Shown in pieces: positions 25,340 through 28,406 of a DNA stretch of 28,406 bases. The stretch is from a virus. Its lineage: Duplodnaviria > Caudoviricetes. A program made the position numbers and the translations under genes. The stretch is taken from IMG/VR virus record IMGVR_UViG_3300012952_000009, positions 1 through 28,406 of that record; one strand, 5' to 3'. Every line of letters begins with the position of its first letter. The first letter of the stretch is position 1. The notes under the pieces are model-generated. The model made no database searches. It was not told the DNA's origin and saw only the letters and a program-made list of their open reading frames with translations.

Positions 25340-27178
25340 ATGGCCATTCAAATCATCGCGGATCAGATTAAAAACGCCGCAGTCGAAACAAACAAGCTTG
25401 CCAATTCGGCAGTAACCCCGGGAAAAGCCGATCTATCTCAGGTCTGGGCATTCTCGGCAATCCCAACCATTTCCGGAACCCCGTCATCCGCTACTCAGCT
25501 AGTCAACAAGGAATACGTCGACAACAAGATCAACGGTCTTCATTGGCATGAGTCTGTCCGTGTTCGGAGCGGCGCCAATATTGACATCAGCAGCGCGCCC
25601 GCCGCGATCGATGGTGTAACGATGGCAGCCGGTAACCGCGTTCTGCTTTCCAATCAGTCAAGTGGAAGCCAAGACGGAATCTACGTTTACGCTTCTTCCG
25701 GTGCTGCGATGACACGAGCGGCCGATGCCGATGCATTTGCCGAGCTTCAATCCGCGGCCGTCTTTATCCGTGAGGGAACCAGCGCAAACGAGGGTTATCT
25801 CCAATCCGCCGAGCTTAGCAGCTTCGATAATCAATCCTGGATCATCTTTACCTCCTCCGGTTCCGGTCGTCAAGCGGGTACGGGTCTTTCTCTTTCCTCG
25901 AATACTCTAAACGTAGACTTTGACAATAGCTCAATCGGTGTAAATGGATCGGATGCTCTCGAGATCAAATCGGCCGGTGTTGGCACTGCCCAACTTGCCA
26001 ACGGTGCGGTAACAAATGCCAAGCTTGAAGAAAGCCAGGTAACATTTAATTCCGGATCAGGTCTGACCGGTGGCGGCGCTGTTTCCCTTGGTGGTAGCGC
26101 AACATTTGCAGTTCAGGCGAACGGGTCTACAATTACCGTTGGTGCTGGTGGAATATCCGTTGGAACGATCGGGGCTTCCAATATCGGAGCTAATGCAATT
26201 CAGACCGGCGCTATTTCTGATGCATCCGTAACCCTGGCGAAGCTTGCAAATCTTACGGCTGGAAAGCTTCTTGTTGGTAACGCTTCGAACCGTCCTGCCG
26301 ATGTCACCCCTTCCGGTGATGTCACGATGTCCAATGCCGGCGCTTTTACTGTAGCCAATGGTGCGATCAACGATGCCAAGCTTGCCGGGTCTATCTCAAA
26401 TGCCAAGCTTGCAAATTCCGCGATCACGATTCAGGGTTCCGACGGTGTCGAAGTACCCGGTGGCGCTGTCGCCTTGGGTGGCTCAAAGCAGATCAGTCTA
26501 ACCCTCGATGGATCCAGCCTCTCCAAGAGTGCTTCGGGTCTCAAGGTTAACAATCTTGGAATCGGAACCGCCCAGATTGCTGATTCCGCTATCACTGGTG
26601 TGAAGATTGGGGATGGCGAAGTAGCGAACAACAAGCTTGCATCGGCTACCATTAATGTAGTTGCCGGCAATGGTATCGCGACGACAGACTCTTCTATCGA
26701 TCTTGGTGGAAGCGCTACCCTTTCGGTCAATCTCGATGGTGGCTCTTTGGCTGTTTCCGGTGCTGGTCTCAAGATCTCCGATGATGGTGTTGGCGCTCCT
26801 CAATTGGCTACCAATTCGGTGACCGCGGATGCCATCGCCAATAATGCTGTCGGTGCTGCTGAGCTCGCTGATGACGCGGTTGATTCCGCTGCTCTTGGTT
26901 CGAATTCCGTAATTATCGAGAAGTGTGGTTTCCGTGCCTACTCAGAAAGTTTCTCTGGTACCACCGCCACCAAATACGATCTTGGCCGTGCGGTCAATTC
27001 CAATTTCTTCGATAGGGTTCAGGTTTTCAGGAACGGATTGCGCTGCAAGAAAGTAGCCTCTTCACCTGCTGACTCCTCCGAATACAGTATCGCAAATGAT
27101 GGAACGGGAAGTGTCTGCGCGATCACATTCGGGGCTGCTCCAAATGGAGACCTTATAATTGCCGATTACCTGACGTAA
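25340..27178 (+). CDS. Fibre-like structural protein (head or tail fibre)
   Basis: NKEYVD, IDGV..GNRVLL.NQ....DGIYV domain, repeated AVTxAKL pentads, four AG.GL..LxVxxDxSS modules, C-terminal VFRNGL..ITFGAAP..IADY domain. Confidence 0.8.
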   Translation: MAIQIIADQIKNAAVETNKLANSAVTPGKADLSQVWAFSAIPTISGTPSSATQLVNKEYVDNKINGLHWHESVRVRSGANIDISSAPAAIDGVTMAAGNRVLLSNQSSGSQDGIYVYASSGAAMTRAADADAFAELQSAAVFIREGTSANEGYLQSAELSSFDNQSWIIFTSSGSGRQAGTGLSLSSNTLNVDFDNSSIGVNGSDALEIKSAGVGTAQLANGAVTNAKLEESQVTFNSGSGLTGGGAVSLGGSATFAVQANGSTITVGAGGISVGTIGASNIGANAIQTGAISDASVTLAKLANLTAGKLLVGNASNRPADVTPSGDVTMSNAGAFTVANGAINDAKLAGSISNAKLANSAITIQGSDGVEVPGGAVALGGSKQISLTLDGSSLSKSASGLKVNNLGIGTAQIADSAITGVKIGDGEVANNKLASATINVVAGNGIATTDSSIDLGGSATLSVNLDGGSLAVSGAGLKISDDGVGAPQLATNSVTADAIANNAVGAAELADDAVDSAALGSNSVIIEKCGFRAYSESFSGTTATKYDLGRAVNSNFFDRVQVFRNGLRCKKVASSPADSSEYSIANDGTGSVCAITFGAAPNGDLIIADYLT

Positions 27179-27200
27179 TCTTCCCTTATTTCAGGTTTCT

Positions 27201-27240
27201 AAGCCCGGCCCATGTTCTATGGTGTCCGGGCTTTCTTTTT
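27201..27240 (+). terminator. Intrinsic terminator after the fibre module
   Basis: AAGCCCGG/CCGGGCTT stem with inner CCAT/ATGG, followed by TCTTTTT. Confidence 0.7.
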
Positions 27241-27402
27241 ACAATTTTGATTTGCTTTTCGATCGCAAAACGCGTTAGGTTTTTACATAGGTAAATTATT
27301 TCTATGGAAACTTTGAAATAGTTTTTCTATGAATGATAATAAATATATGAATGAAATATTAATTTCTATTATCATTAAACATCAAACCAAAGAGCTTATG
27401 AT

Positions 27403-28119
27403 ATGTTGAATCTTACAACACCAGAGTTGTATAAATTAACGATGGAGGAACGCCTCTTCGTTCATCTCTATAATAAATGGGGCATGCGATCATCCGGTGA
27501 CCCGATCGAACAATTCCGGCAAATCAAGAACCCCCAAGGGTTAAACGTTCCCTTTGAATTGAATGCTATTGACGAGTACCTTGAGAAGAAATTCCCCGGT
27601 GGGTATGAGTGGCCGATTGATTCCTGGGTAGCATGGATCGGGAGGTGGTTAAAAAATACCAAGCGGAAGAAAGCAAGTGAGGCGGACCCGCTCCAAAGAC
27701 CTTTCTACGAGATAATGTGGGATCACTATCTCAAATGCACCAAGTTCACGATACGGGAGGAACCATTTCGATCCAAGTATGAGCGCATATGGAATATCCT
27801 GACCGATGGAATAGAGACCAGGGTGAAGCATAATGCCTATTGTGGCTCACAGGAAAACAGGGATTTCACCGAGGTCTTTCTCCACCAATACCAATTGATT
27901 GTCAATGGTCATTCATTGTATGACGAATTGGACGCGCGGATAGTTCGCCTCATCTCAGCCGGCTACTTTGAAGATGAAGCCTTCATGCTCTACCTTGGAA
28001 GATTTGCATCTGATCTACTTCGTTGGGTTCTCGATCTTAAGTACGGCCCCGAATACGATAAATGCTATCAGAAAGGAGATATGGCTTTTGATGGACGAAG
28101 GAACAGGGGGGAGGTATGA
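27403..28119 (+). CDS. Hypothetical protein, possible replication initiator
   Basis: DSWVAWIGRWLKN resembles the W.A....WL.N motif of phage initiator C-terminal domains; follows an AT-rich repeat region. Confidence 0.4.
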   Translation: MLNLTTPELYKLTMEERLFVHLYNKWGMRSSGDPIEQFRQIKNPQGLNVPFELNAIDEYLEKKFPGGYEWPIDSWVAWIGRWLKNTKRKKASEADPLQRPFYEIMWDHYLKCTKFTIREEPFRSKYERIWNILTDGIETRVKHNAYCGSQENRDFTEVFLHQYQLIVNGHSLYDELDARIVRLISAGYFEDEAFMLYLGRFASDLLRWVLDLKYGPEYDKCYQKGDMAFDGRRNRGEV

Positions 28120-28301
28120 TAACGGTTAAATTTCAAGTCGGGCAAGAGGTTCTTTGTAGGCACCCAAAGCATAGGTTTTCTCTGATTGGAGTTATTCAGG
28201 AGATATTGGATGATCAGGCTTTGGTTAGGCTTCACGTTCCAATTGATAATCAGGATGAGTACTGGTTTGAGATTCGATGCCTTCGGCCATATGTAAAATG
28301 A
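28116..28301 (+). CDS. Small SH3/KOW-like protein
   Basis: KFQVGQEV..GVIQEI..ALVRL..WF...L pattern; GGAGG RBS; ATGA overlaps at both ends. Confidence 0.65.
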   Translation: MITVKFQVGQEVLCRHPKHRFSLIGVIQEILDDQALVRLHVPIDNQDEYWFEIRCLRPYVK

Positions 28302-28406
28302 AAATACTGGTAGCTTGTGAAGAAAGCCAAAGGGTTTGTATTTCGTTTCGGCAGGCTGGGTTTGATGCGTGGTCGTGTGACTTGTTGGATCAATCAGGTG
28401 GTTATC
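28284..28406. repeat. Terminal direct repeat, copy 2
   Basis: Identical to 1-123. Confidence 0.97.

Noticed and set aside
25340-27178. Diversity-generating retroelement target in the fibre gene
   Set aside because: No reverse transcriptase and no adenine-mismatched TR/VR pair seen.
1-28406. tRNA, rRNA, full CRISPR array, IS element or att site
   Set aside because: None recognisable by eye; tRNAscan-SE or ARAGORN and CRISPR finders were not run.

Overview
This window is a complete, circularly permuted ~28,283-bp genome of a small tailed phage with siphovirus-type gene order (bases 1-123 are repeated exactly at 28284-28406). The + strand carries two DNA methyltransferases, TerS, TerL, a holin-like gene, a portal-gpF fusion, an HK97-type protease and capsid, neck, tail tube, tail chaperone with a probable +1 frameshift, tape measure, tail tip and amidase endolysin. 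A separate fibre module and a putative replication gene lie at 24.7-28.3 kb. A - strand early region (20.0-24.3 kb) encodes an ERF-like recombinase, SWIM, HNH and small zinc or DNA-binding proteins. I recognised no integrase, CI-type repressor, polymerase or helicase. The most striking feature is the 24335-24672 control region. It holds two tandem promoter-to-terminator small RNA units. The second (~62 nt) carries two boxes antisense to a bipartite motif (AAACATCA...GAGCTTA) in the ribosome-binding leaders of six to seven early and replication genes, which suggests a multi-target antisense-RNA switch. Several translationally coupled hydrophobic microproteins missed by the ORF track are also present. 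All calls come from reading motifs by eye; no database search was run.
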